Shown: one piece after another, positions 20,261-30,923 of the stretch | Numbering within the stretch: the first letter of the stretch is position 1 | Layout of the letters: each line of letters begins with the position of its first letter | NCBI GenBank assembly: GCA_963833985.1 | Contig: CAWIAD010000002.1 | Coordinates: 4,224,001 to 4,288,000 of the forward strand | Reading direction: 5' to 3' | Origin: an uncultured Planctomycetaceae bacterium | Lineage (GTDB): Bacteria > Planctomycetota > Planctomycetia > Isosphaerales > Isosphaeraceae | Length of the DNA: 64,000 nt | Translations under genes and position numbers: made by a program | The notes under the pieces: model-generated | The model's database searches: none | Seen by the model: only the letters and a program-made list of their open reading frames with translations | What the model was told of the DNA's origin: nothing

Positions 20261-20485
20261 ATGTTTCGTGCATCGCGTAGCAATCGCCTGCCGAAGCGAC
20301 GCAGCGCAGCCTTGAACGTCGAAGGTATGGAGGACAGGGCACTTCTTTCCCAGATCGGCCCGATCGCCACCCCGCCGGCGCCCAAGTTGCCGCCGTACGT
20401 CGTTCCGCCGATCACCCCTCCGAACACGGTGCCTCCCCAGGGAGTCATCCCGCCTTCGACCACCGGCGGCCTCGGCGGCCATTGA
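20261..20485 (+). CDS. 74-aa microprotein: Planctomycete LExRxLL-type leader plus proline-rich core
   Basis: GAGGAG RBS 6 nt before ATG. Leader ends [10 protein letters not shown], followed by a 44-aa core with 14 Pro. Confidence 0.7.
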   Translation: MFRASRSNRLPKRRSAALNVEGMEDRALLSQIGPIATPPAPKLPPYVVPPITPPNTVPPQGVIPPSTTGGLGGH

Positions 20486-20648
20486 TCGCCCGGCGGACAA
20501 GGTCCCAGCGGATCGAAGCTCCCAAGAGATCGCTTTTCCGCGGTCGGGCTGTCCAGACTGGTCTGAACAAGGGATGATGGCGATCGCCTGCCAGCAGACG
20601 GCGGTTCCAGCCCTGTTCCCAGCCAGGTATGTTCGCCCGGGAGAAGAA

Positions 20649-21644
20649 ATGAAGACACCACGTTGCGGCGATCGGACTCCGGTCCTCCGCCCGGGACGTT
20701 GCCTCGCATCAACCACGACGCTGCTGGTGGGATCGCTGCTCATCTGCGGCAGTGCGTTGCCTGCCCGGGCGGATGATCCGCCCCTTGCCTCCTCGCTGCT
20801 GCCCGGGGCCCGTGACGAGTACGTGGACTCGGGCGGTCTGAAAATCCATTGCGTGAGCCTGGGCCGCACCGGATCGCCACTTCTGGTGATGATTCACGGC
20901 TTTCCGGATTTCTGGTATTCCTGGCGCGCCCAGATGCCGGTCCTGGCGCGCGATTTCCACGTCGTCGCCATGGACCAGCGCGGCTACAACCTGAGCGGCC
21001 AGCCCCAGGGCGTTGAGAACTACACCCTTGCCAGGCTCGTGGCCGACCTCCTCGCCGTGGTCGAGCACTACGGCCCCGGCAAGGCCGTCATCGTCGGGCA
21101 CGACTGGGGTGGGGCCGTGGCGTGGATGTTCGCCATGGCCCACCCCGAGCTCACCGACCGCCTCATCATCCTTGACTCGCCTCATCCCCGAGGCCTCATG
21201 CGCGAGCTCGCGCGCAGCCCGCAACAGCAAAAGAACAGCCAGTACGCGCGCGACTTCCAGAAGCCCGACGCTGCCAGCAAGCTCACGGCCGACGCCCTGG
21301 TCTTCTGGGTCAAGGACCCGGCGGCCCGAGACGTCTACCGTGCCGCGCTGGGCCGCTCGTCACTGGAAGGCATGCTCAACTATTACAAGGCCAACTACCC
21401 GCGGGACGTCGGCGATGCCGCGGTCCGCGGCCTGGGCGCGGCCGCCTTTCGGCCGATCGCCTGCCCGGTGCTCCTGATCCACGGCCTGGACGACGAGTTC
21501 CTGCTCCCCGGCGCACTCAACGACACATGGAACTGGATCGACAGCGACCTCACGCTTGTCACCATTCCCCGCGCCGGGCATTTCGTGCAGCAGGATGCCG
21601 CGGAGCTCGTCACCCGAACGATGGTGAGCTGGCTCAAGCGCTGA
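20649..21644 (+). CDS. Exported alpha/beta hydrolase (epoxide hydrolase-like)
   Basis: [31 protein letters not shown]-terminal signal-like segment ending ARA. Confidence 0.9.
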   Translation: MKTPRCGDRTPVLRPGRCLASTTTLLVGSLLICGSALPARADDPPLASSLLPGARDEYVDSGGLKIHCVSLGRTGSPLLVMIHGFPDFWYSWRAQMPVLARDFHVVAMDQRGYNLSGQPQGVENYTLARLVADLLAVVEHYGPGKAVIVGHDWGGAVAWMFAMAHPELTDRLIILDSPHPRGLMRELARSPQQQKNSQYARDFQKPDAASKLTADALVFWVKDPAARDVYRAALGRSSLEGMLNYYKANYPRDVGDAAVRGLGAAAFRPIACPVLLIHGLDDEFLLPGALNDTWNWIDSDLTLVTIPRAGHFVQQDAAELVTRTMVSWLKR

Positions 21645-21735
21645 GCCAGTCTCCGACTGACTACTGCGAGCTCGACCCCTCCGGCGGCGCGGCTGAACAG
21701 GCTCCGACCGTTTATTCCCCGGCCGCTGATGGAGC

Positions 21736-21967
21736 GCCCGGGAACGTCCGACAACCGCTGGGTGTGTCAAGTGCTGCGACGCACCGATCCACTGCGCAGG
21801 GGTCAACACGGTGCGTCGTCGCTGCGCTTGACGCACCCTACCAATGAATCACCCACATCCAGAAGCTCCGGGGCAATCCGGAATTCGTAGCGCACGGCCA
21901 GGGAACCTACGACACTCGTAGGGTGTGTCCAGCGCAGCGCCGACGCACCGATTCTGGAGGGAGAAAG
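21736..21967. repeat. Cluster of GTAG-family REP-like units (21757-21786 degenerate, 21809-21841 inverted, 21918-21950); second REPIN-like copy
   Basis: cggtgcgtcgtcgctgcgcttgacgcaccctac and gtagggtgtgtccagcgcagcgccgacgcaccg. Homologous to 5434-5590, including spacer and flank. Confidence 0.8.
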
Positions 21968-21984
21968 AAAAACTCTCTCCACGA

Positions 21985-22047
21985 ATGACATACCAGGAAC
22001 ATCATCGATCTATATGTCATATGTATAATGAAATAGTCTATACATTA
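21985..22047. promoter_or_regulatory. AT-rich island with TATAAT and two inverted repeats; candidate promoter/operator of the metal-ATPase operon
   Basis: ATGACATA(21985)-N20-TATGTCAT and ATGTATA(22021)-N11-TATACAT. TATAAT at 22024-22029. Confidence 0.4.
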
Positions 22048-22366
22048 ATGAAGCTGATCGAATGCTCATCGGTAGACATGGCAACGGCCTGACCGACGGT
22101 TTTCCGCCGGCGGGACATCGAGACGATCCGAGAGACCGTCGCGATCGCGGCAGGTCATCCGGATCACCACCCTGGGCCAGAATAAGGTCGTCAGTAGGCT
22201 TGCAGGGCTGTTGGAGGTGCCGTAGTTCTCCGCACTCGAGAATGTTGTGGTCCACCCTTTGGGCTGCTGCGCTGCTTGACTCACTGTCCGGCCGGCTCTA
22301 CCCTCAAGGTCCGGACTCCACAGCCAAGCCTTATGCCCCCAGCAGCAGCCGTCGAGACGCCCGCCG

Positions 22367-25300
22367 ATGCACCGCGAGTTTCACCCGCAGGACATGCAAG
22401 TGCTCGAGGCCGATCCCTTCGGTCCGGATCGGGCTGAAGCCGCGGATCATCGATCGGCCGCCCTGTTCGGCTTCACGGCCGTACTGGGGCTGTTGATCGG
22501 TGGAGACGTGCTGCTGGGCCTGGCCAGACTGTCCGACGTGCGTTTGCCGGGAGGTGTCTCGCTGTCGCTTGCGGCGGCGCTTCTGGGGGCGGTGTACATT
22601 GTCTACGGCGCGCTTCGAGGCGTTGCTGCACGGCAAGATCGGCGCGGACCTGGCCCTGGCACAGGCGTGCATCGCGGCACTGGTGCTGGGACAACCTTTC
22701 GTTGCGGCCGAGGTCGTCTTCATTGCACTGGTCGGCGAGGTGCTCGAAGCGCTGACGTTCGCCCGCACGCAGCGCGCCGTGGGGTCACTCGTGCGGCAAA
22801 CTCCGCGCACGGCTCGTGTGCGGCGCGACGGGGCGGAGGTTGAGGTCGCGGCCGGCACGGTGCGCATCGACGAGATCGTCGTCATCCGTCCGGGCGAGCG
22901 GATCCCTGTCGACGGGCCTGTGGTCGCCGGCCGCTCGACGGTGGACCCGTCGGCGCTGACCGGCGAATCACTCCCCGTGGACATCGGTCCCGAGGATCGC
23001 GTCTTCACCGGCACGCTCAACCAGTACGGGGTGATCGAGGTCCGCGCGGAGAAGGTGGGCCGAGAGACCGTCTTCGGACAGGTCCTGCGCATGGTGGCCC
23101 AGGCGCGCGGCCGCAAGGCCGAGATCGAGCGTCTCGCCGATCGCCTGGCGCGCTACTTCTTGCCGGCCGTTGAAACCGCCGCATTTGTGACGCTCGTTGC
23201 AGGCTACCTGCTGGGCTGGCCCGACGTCTGGTCGCGTACGGTGGCGGTGCTGGTCGTCGCCTGCCCGTGCGCCCTGGTGCTCGCCACTCCTGCGGCGATG
23301 CTCGCCAGCATGGCCTGGCTGGCGCAGCGTGGAGTGCTCATCAAGGGAGGTTACGCGCTGGAGCGCCTGGCGGCATGCGACACGATCGCCTTTGACAAGA
23401 CCGGGACGCTGAGCGAAGGGAAGCCGGCGGTGACGTCCCTGGCCGTCGCTCCAGGACGCGACGAGAACGAGGTATTCCGGCTTGCGGCTGCCGTGGAGCG
23501 ATCGAGCAGTCACCCTCTGGCCCACGCGGTCGCGGCTGCCGCGGAGCAGCGCGGCCTCGACCTGCCTCCGGCCACCGAGGTCCGCGTCCATCCAGGCGCA
23601 GGGGTCGAGGGGATCGTGGAGGTCCCGGGGCGGGAACCGGCCAGGGTCCTGGTCGGGAACCGGCGACTGCTTGCCGAGCAGGGTGTGCCGCTCGATGAGA
23701 CCAGCTCCGCGCAGCTTCATGCCCCGGGCGCGCCGGGCGAGACGACGCTCCTGGTTGTCGTCGACGGGAGCCTTGCCGGTTCCATCGGCCTGCGTGATGC
23801 CGTCCGGCCGGAAGCGCACGATGTGATCCATGATTTGAAGCACCTGAAGTTCCGCCAGATCGCCCTGCTCACGGGGGATCGCCAACCCGTCGCGGATCGC
23901 GTGGCCAGGCAGGTTCATATCAAGACGGTGCTGGCCGAGCAGCTTCCGGCGGACAAGGCCGCCTGGATCAAGGAGCAGCAGCAGGCGGGCCACAAGGTCG
24001 CCATGGTTGGAGATGGGATCAACGACGCCCCTGCCCTGGCACAGGCCGACGCGGGCATCGCGCTGGGGGGTATAGGATCGGACCTGGCGGCGGAAGCCGG
24101 TGATTTCATCATCATGGGAGACCCGCTGCGCCACCTGCCGGGGCTGGTCGAGCTTTCGCGGGCCACCGTCGCGGTGATCCGCCAGAACATCATCGGGTTC
24201 GCATTCGGACTGAACGCCGTGGCGGTCTTTCTGGCCTCACTGGGCATTCTGGGTCCGGTGGCCGCGGCCATTCTGCACCAGGCCGGCTCCTTCCTGGTGC
24301 TGCTGAACGCCATGCGACTTCTGGTGTTTGGCGGCTGGACCAACCTGGCAGCCGGCGCTGGCTGCGGGCCGCTGTGGGGTGGATCCATCAGATCGATGAA
24401 CTCCTCGACGTTCCGGCAATGGCCGCCTGGCTGGTCCGGCGCTGGAGGCGAATCGTCGCGGGCTCTGTCGTCGTGATGGCGATTGACTATGCGGCCAGCG
24501 GCATCACAGCCATCGGCCCTGATGAGGCCGGGCTCGTGATGCGCTTCGGAGGTTTCGTGGGCGTGCTCGAGCCCGGCCTGCACGTTCGGTTTCCCTGGCC
24601 AATCGAGCGCGTGATCCGATTGCAGCCGGGGATCGTCCGCAGTCTCGAGATCGGCTTTCGCAACGCGATCGAGGAGCGGGACGGGCTGTTTCGCTGGGAA
24701 TCAACCCACGGCCGAAGCGCCGAGGCGCCCGAGCCAGGAGACGGCGACGCCTTGCTGCTGACGGGCGACGGCCAGTTCCTGGAAATCACGGCGGCCGTCC
24801 AGTACGCGATCGACACCAGCCGCCCGGGCGCCCTGCGACGGATCGCGCTGGGAGCTGCCAACCCGGAAGCAGCTCTGGAGGCCATGGCAGAGGCCGCGGT
24901 GCGGCAGGTCGTGGCACGCAGAACACTGCTGGATGTGCTCACGACGGGGCGCAGCGAGGCGGAGGCGGCCGCCACGGCGAAGCTGGCTCACTGGCTCGAT
25001 GCACTCGGTATTGATTTTCATATACAGAAAATCATGTTCCAGGACGTGCATCCGCCGATGGCCGTCGTGGATGCGTACCGGGACGTGTCGCGTGCGCAGA
25101 GCGATCGCGCCCGGCGGTCCAACGAGGGGCTCGCCTACCGGGCCGAGAAGCTGGCCGATGCGGAAGCTCGCGCCGTGGCGACGGTGAACTCCGCGCATGC
25201 GGCAAGCGACACTGCGGTCGCGCTGGCCGCCGGCGGAGCCGATGTCTTCTGCTACCTGCTGGCCGCGCGCAGCCCGCTCCGGCCCTGAGCGAGTTCCGGC

Positions 25301-25476
25301 TCTTCTGGGAAACGATGGGCACGGTGCTGCGGGACCGGCCGAAACTGATCCTCGACGGCGCCTCGGGCCGGCCTCAGCGGTTATTCCTGTCTCGCTTGCC
25401 GATGGAAGAAGCCGCGGCGCTGGCGGGGCCGGGGCCCGAGGCAAACCGGAAGACCGCCAAGGCCACTTCGGAGTGA
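22367..25476 (+). CDS. P1B heavy-metal P-type ATPase apparently fused to a C-terminal HflK-like SPFH domain (frameshifts ~22614, ~24344, ~25272)
   Basis: ATPase motifs TGES, CPCALVLATP, DKTGT, SHPLA, GDGINDAPALA, TM8 HQAGS. Then GLVMRFG...PGLHVRFPWPIE, LTGDGQ, QDVHPP...VVDAYRDV, and in a third frame RLFWETMGTVL...KLILD ending TGA 25476. Confidence 0.75.
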
Positions 25477-25483
25477 CTGACAC

Positions 25484-26485
25484 ATGGCACCGCGTCGCAG
25501 GCTCGGCTGGGTCTGGATCTGTGGGGGATTGGTACTGGCTGCTCTGCTGGCGGCCCGTTGTACCGTCGCGGTTGACGAGACCGAGTATGCGGTCGTCACC
25601 AGCTTCGGCAAGGTGGTCGCGGTTCTGGGGGTCGAGCCCGGCTCGGCAGGGCTGCATCGAAAAATGCCCTGGCAGAGCGTGATCCGCGTCGACCGGAGAT
25701 TGCGTGCGTTCGACCCGCCCCCGCGCGAGATGATCACGGGAGACCGGCGCAACCTCGAGGTCGCCTCGTACGTGATCTACCAGGTGGCCGATCCGGAACG
25801 GTTCGTCCGCGGGGCAGGCTCTCTGGACCAGGCCGAGGCCCGGCTCAGCGAACGCGTGGCCGCGGCGCTTTCCGACGCCATTGGCCGGCGCGAGTTCTCG
25901 GGCCTGGCCACGACCGATCCCGCGCAGGCGGCCATCGAGGATTTGAACGCGGAGGTCTTGCGGACCATCGGCCCAGCGGCCCTCGCCGAGATGGGACTGA
26001 GCGTCGTCGACCTGGGACTGCGCTGGTTCAACCATCCGCTGGAGGTCCGGCCGGCCATCTTCGAGCTGATCCGTAGCGAGCGCCGGCAGGTGGCCGCCAG
26101 GCTGAGGGCGGAGGGTGAGGCGAGCTATACCACGATCACCAGCCAGGCCGATCGTGAACGCGAGGTGATCCTGGCCCGGGCCGACGCCGAAGCCCAGCGG
26201 ATTCGCGGCCAGGCGGAAGCCGAAAGCATGCGCATTCTCAACGAGGCCCACGCGCGCGATCCGAAGTTCTACGAGCTGCTGCGCACGCTGGAGTCGTACT
26301 CATCGATCCTCGATGCGAAGACGACGGTGGTGCTTTCCTCGACGAGCCCGCTGCTCAAGCTGCTGGCGACCGGGCCGGGTGAAGCCCCCGCGCCACCCGC
26401 CTCGCGGAACGCCGCAACGACGACGGCCGCGGCCGCTTCGGCAGGGCGCGGGCCGAGCCCTGCACCGGGAGCGGCCAGCCCATGA
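25484..26485 (+). CDS. SPFH-family protein, HflC-like
   Basis: N-terminal TM; VDETEYAVVTSFGK, GLHRKMPW, ITGDRRNL, RSERRQVAARLRAEG, DPKFYELLRTLESY. Confidence 0.9.
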   Translation: MAPRRRLGWVWICGGLVLAALLAARCTVAVDETEYAVVTSFGKVVAVLGVEPGSAGLHRKMPWQSVIRVDRRLRAFDPPPREMITGDRRNLEVASYVIYQVADPERFVRGAGSLDQAEARLSERVAAALSDAIGRREFSGLATTDPAQAAIEDLNAEVLRTIGPAALAEMGLSVVDLGLRWFNHPLEVRPAIFELIRSERRQVAARLRAEGEASYTTITSQADREREVILARADAEAQRIRGQAEAESMRILNEAHARDPKFYELLRTLESYSSILDAKTTVVLSSTSPLLKLLATGPGEAPAPPASRNAATTTAAAASAGRGPSPAPGAASP

Positions 26486-27387
26486 GTCGTAAAACAGCCC
26501 TGTCGCTCTGTGTCCTGCTGGCATGCCTTGCGGTGGCGGCCAGCGGCTGGCAGGTCGTGCCGCCTGGCGAGCGGATCGTGGTCCGCCGGTTTGGCCGCGC
26601 GCTCGCGCCCGACCGGGAACCGGGTCTGCACTGGGGTTTCCCCCTGGGCATCGACCGCGTGCAGCGCGTGCGGACAGACCTGGTGAGGCGCCTGCACGTG
26701 GGCGTGCAACCCGCCGGGTCGACTGCCGCGGAGGACCGCCTCGGTGCGGAGTTTTTGACGGGCGATCTCAACCTGGTACGCATGGGTGCGGTGGTCCAGT
26801 TCCGCGTGGAAGCCCCGGCCGACCTCGTCCTGCGCTCCGTCGACGCGGAAGCCCTGCTGACCCGCCTGGCCGAGTCCAGCCTGTCGCGCGTGACGGCCCG
26901 CCGGGGCATTGATGAGGTGCTCAGAAGTGGCCGGCAGCAGATGGGCGCCGAGGTGGCCCGTGATCTCGATCGCGAGGTCGCGCGGCTGCACCTGGGCCTG
27001 AAGATCCTGGGCGTGAGCCTGACCGAGGTGCGGCCGCCGGTGGAGGTGGCCGCCGACTTCTCCGCGGCCCAGTCCGCGGAAAGCGAGCGTGACCGGCGAC
27101 GGCACGAGGCCAGCACCCGTGCCGAGACGACTGTCACCGCGGCCCGGGCGACGGCCTCGGCCCGGCTCCAGAACGCTCGGGCCGCGGCCGAGCGGAGTAC
27201 CCTGACGGCCCGTTCCCAGGCCCAGCGTTTTCTGACCGTGCTGGCAGAGGCCGGGCGTGCTCCAGAACTCTCTGCCGGGCGCATCTACATGGATCTCATG
27301 AAGGAACTGCTGCACCGCGTGCGCCGCAAGGTCATCCTGGCGCCGGGAGAGAATGTCGATCTCACCGTGCTGGGTGTCCCGGAGTGA
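26482..27387 (+). CDS. SPFH-family protein, HflK-like
   Basis: ATGA overlap with the previous gene. VVRRFGR...PGLHWGFP, LTGDLNLV, VRPPVEVAADF, RIYMDLMKELL. Confidence 0.88.
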   Translation: MSRKTALSLCVLLACLAVAASGWQVVPPGERIVVRRFGRALAPDREPGLHWGFPLGIDRVQRVRTDLVRRLHVGVQPAGSTAAEDRLGAEFLTGDLNLVRMGAVVQFRVEAPADLVLRSVDAEALLTRLAESSLSRVTARRGIDEVLRSGRQQMGAEVARDLDREVARLHLGLKILGVSLTEVRPPVEVAADFSAAQSAESERDRRRHEASTRAETTVTAARATASARLQNARAAAERSTLTARSQAQRFLTVLAEAGRAPELSAGRIYMDLMKELLHRVRRKVILAPGENVDLTVLGVPE

Positions 27388-27637
27388 CCCGCGCTCGTCC
27401 AGCGTAGTCCGCGCTGCGCCCGGGCTGCATCCGCGCAACCGGCACGACTGATTCCCTCGGCACGCAGCGCCGGTTCCACGTGCTCATTACGGTGGATGCC
27501 GCGATCGCGGCGTGTCGATCACATTTTTGCGATCGGCCCGATCCGGGGCACCGGTCAGACCAGCGCGAGACCCAGCAGGATGCTGGCACGGCAAGCTGTG
27601 GACGAGCGAGCCGGGCGACGGCGGCGAAGGAGGCGGG

Positions 27638-29110
27638 GTGAGGAGGCTCGGGTGGCTCGCCATACAGTTGGTCACGGTCTCTGTTCTGGCCGGCGGGCCG
27701 TGGGGCGCGCGGGCGGAGAACCTCCGCGATGCCTGGAACATCGCTCTGGGCGTGAACCAGCAGTTGCAGTCGCAGCAGGCGCTTTCGGTCTCGGCGGGGC
27801 TCAGTCTCGCGGCCGCCCGGTCGGATCGCTGGCCCACCGTCCGCAACTTCACGTTCAACTCATTCTTGAGCACCACGCCATACATCAAGAACTCCTTCGC
27901 GGGGACATCGGCGGCCGGAGGTTCGGCGGCCGGGGTGGCGGGAGTTCCAGGTCAGCCGGGAGCGGTCGCACCCGGTGCCTCGGTGTTGAACTCGGCGGCG
28001 TTGACCGGACTGCCGACGGCGTTCCCCATCCTGGGACCGGGCCAGCGTGATCTCCCGGTCTCGATCACCTTCGCCAGCATTCCGCTTTACACCGGGGGCC
28101 GGAATCTTCGGAACATCGATGCGGCGAACGCCCAGGTCAGCGTCCAGCGCACGGAAGAAGTGCGTTCGGCACTCGACCTGAAGCTGACGGTGGCCGAGGC
28201 GTACATCGGCGTTCTGCGGGGCCGAAAGAACCTGGACGTCCGCCGTAGCGACGTGGATCGGCTGACCTCGTTCGCCCGCGACGTCCGCAACCGCCGCGAG
28301 CAGGGTCTGGCCATCCGCAGCGACGAGCTGGCCGCCGAGGTATCTCTTGCGAACGCGCGGCTGGCCGAGATCCAGGCCCGGACCACACTCGAGGCCGCCT
28401 GGGCCACGTACAACCGCTATCTCTGCCGGCCGCTCACGGCCGTTGTTCCCCTCGAGGAACTCACCAACCTGCCACCGAATACCGACTGGAAGGCTCTGGC
28501 CAGAGAAGCCGTCGACGCTCATTCGAGGACGGCCCAGACCGATGAAGCCTCCATCGAGGAGCTGACGCGCATGGCCCTGCTGGCACGACCCGAACTGGCC
28601 AGCCTGGTCCAGCAAGCCCGCGCGCTGGAAGCGCAGGCCGAGGCCACGCGCGCCGGCGTCCGTCCGCATGTTGGCTTCATCGTGGCCTTCTCGTACATCG
28701 GCAACAACAACCAGATTCCTCAGGGGATCGGCTCGGCCCTCTTCTATGCCGACTGGACGATCACCGACAGCGGCGCCACCCGCCGTCGCGCGGCGGCCCA
28801 GCTTCAGCAGCAGATCGCCACACTGAAGCGGAAGGCAGACACCATCGCGTCGGTCGCACTCGAGGTGCGCACCCGCTGGCTCGACCTGCACCAGGCCCGT
28901 CTGCGTGTGCCTGTTGCCCGGCTGGCCATCGCGCAGGCCGAGGAGAACCTGGAGGTGGTGACCGACCGCTACCGCCAGCAGCTCAGCACGTACACCGAGG
29001 TGCTCGACGCCGAGAATCGCCGCGTCCAGTCGCAGAACAACTTCTTCAACGCCGTGTACGACGAGAACCTGGCACTGTTCCGGCTCCGCCGCGCGGTGGC
29101 GGACCTGTGA
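27638..29110 (+). CDS. TolC-family outer-membrane efflux protein
   Basis: AAGGAGG RBS before GTG 27638 and a signal peptide. PLYTGGR, VAEAYIGVL, RPEL, AEENL...RYRQ...EVLDAE. Confidence 0.85.
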   Translation: MRRLGWLAIQLVTVSVLAGGPWGARAENLRDAWNIALGVNQQLQSQQALSVSAGLSLAAARSDRWPTVRNFTFNSFLSTTPYIKNSFAGTSAAGGSAAGVAGVPGQPGAVAPGASVLNSAALTGLPTAFPILGPGQRDLPVSITFASIPLYTGGRNLRNIDAANAQVSVQRTEEVRSALDLKLTVAEAYIGVLRGRKNLDVRRSDVDRLTSFARDVRNRREQGLAIRSDELAAEVSLANARLAEIQARTTLEAAWATYNRYLCRPLTAVVPLEELTNLPPNTDWKALAREAVDAHSRTAQTDEASIEELTRMALLARPELASLVQQARALEAQAEATRAGVRPHVGFIVAFSYIGNNNQIPQGIGSALFYADWTITDSGATRRRAAAQLQQQIATLKRKADTIASVALEVRTRWLDLHQARLRVPVARLAIAQAEENLEVVTDRYRQQLSTYTEVLDAENRRVQSQNNFFNAVYDENLALFRLRRAVADL

Positions 29111-29199
29111 AAGTCGTCCGCCGCCGTCCGGCATTTTCCTTTTGATGGTTGATATGATCGGTCAGTCCCCTCATCACGTGATGCTGACCCGCGACGTTC

Positions 29200-29215
29200 G
29201 GGCACGCCACTTGCA
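29200..29215 (+). promoter_or_regulatory. Putative sigma54 -24/-12 promoter upstream of emrA-like gene
   Basis: GGGCACG-CCAC-TTGCA, ending 72 nt before ATG 29288. Confidence 0.6.
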
Positions 29216-29287
29216 ATTCTCTGGAATGGCGACAGAGCCATCGCAGCGCGCGGTGCGACGTGAGCCGGCTTTCTCGACGACGGGCAC

Positions 29288-30923
29288 ATGGCTGGATCGA
29301 ACGGGCATCAGATCACAACGGCGCAGGTTCCCACGCAGGACAGGGGGCGTTTTCTGCCCGCGAGCCGTAATGGCCGCAAGGCGGGCGGCGAGCCGAGCCA
29401 GCCGTCCGATTTCGAGATCGTTTCCGACCCCGGGGGGACCCGGCTCGCCGGAGAGGTTCCCAGGGATCCACCCCGGCCGAGCTTCTGGCGACGGAATCGA
29501 AAGTGGTTCATCCTGGCGGCACTGGCGGCGCTGATCACCTGGGCCGTGATCCGCTTCGGCGTGCCGCGGATTCGCGAGGCTCTGAACACGGTTTCCACTG
29601 ATGATGCGTTCGTCGCCGGGCACGTGACCTACGTCAGCCCGCGGATCGACGACGTCGTGGTGGAGGTGCTCGTCGATCAGAACGACCGTGTCGAGCCAGG
29701 AGACCTGCTGGTGCGGCTGGACCGCCAGCCGTTTGAGCTTGCCGTCCAGCAGGCCGAGGCCGCGGTGGAGGAGGCCCGCTCGAACCTGGCGCTCTCCCGC
29801 GCGGGCGTTCAGGCGCAGCTTGCCCAGGCGCGCGGCAACTGGTTCCGCAGGAAGAACGCGCAGGAGCGCATCCGCCAGCAGCTTGCCACGCTCCGGTCGG
29901 ATGTCGCCGCCTTGCGGGCACGCCAATCCAGCCTCAAGCTGGCCGAGCTTGATCAGCAGCGCATCGCCAACCTGGCGGCCAGGGGGTCGGCCAGCCAATC
30001 CGAGCTTGACCAGAGGAATGACCGGCTGGAGGAGGCGCGCCAGGGCGTGAAGGAAGCCTGGGCGGAGATCCAGCAAACCCGGGCGGCCCTGGGGCTGGAG
30101 CCGAACACGGACAACCCGCTGGAGGTCCCACGTGACCTGGAGCAGCAGCAATCGACCGTGCAGCAGGCCGTCTCGGAGGTCTCGAGCGTGCTGGCCCAGG
30201 TGGGGATCCCCTTTGACCTCAGCCAGTTGTCCCCGGAAGAAGCCTTCCAGAAGATCCTCCATCTCGACTCCAGCCAGGGCATTCACGAAGCCTTCGGGGA
30301 CCTGGTGGAAAAGGCGCCCGCGGTCCGAGTGGCGCGTGCCGGCCTGGCTCGAGCCGAGCGCGAGCTCGACAACGCGCGGCTGCGGCTCAGCTACACCGAG
30401 ATTCGCTCGGAGATCGGCGGCTATGTCCAGGATCGCTCCGTTCATCCGGGGAACCGGGTCGCGCCGGGCCAGTCCTTGCTCTCGATCCGTCCCCACCATG
30501 TCTGGATCGAGGCCAACTACAAGGAAACCCAGATCCACGACATCCGCATCGGTCATCCGGTGGACATCCACGTTGATGCCTATCCCGGAAAAGTCTTCCG
30601 GGGCCGGGTGTCGGGGTTCAGCCCCGGGACGGGGCTGTCCGAGTCGCTGCTGCCGCCGGAAAACGCCACGGGCAATTACGTGAAGGTCACCCAGCGGCTG
30701 CCGGTGCGCATCGAGCTGGTCGATCCGAATCCCACCGACACGCCGCTCTTCGTCGGGCTTTCCGTGGTTCCAGAGGTCCGGTTCAAGGAGCGGACCACTG
30801 GCCCGGGCGCAGGTCGAGCGCCTGCATGTCCCTTCCATTGCCGCCCCTCCCGACACGGCCATCGGTCCGGCCGGCCGCAACCCGGTCAACCGGCCTCAGG
30901 CCCTGGGGAGCGACGGCTCATGA
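29288..30923 (+). CDS. HlyD/EmrA-family membrane fusion protein (frameshift ~30814)
   Basis: STDDAFV, WIEANYKETQ, LLPPENATGNYVKVTQRLPVRI. The corrected frame ends at TGA 30921-30923, overlapping the next ATG. Confidence 0.85.
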
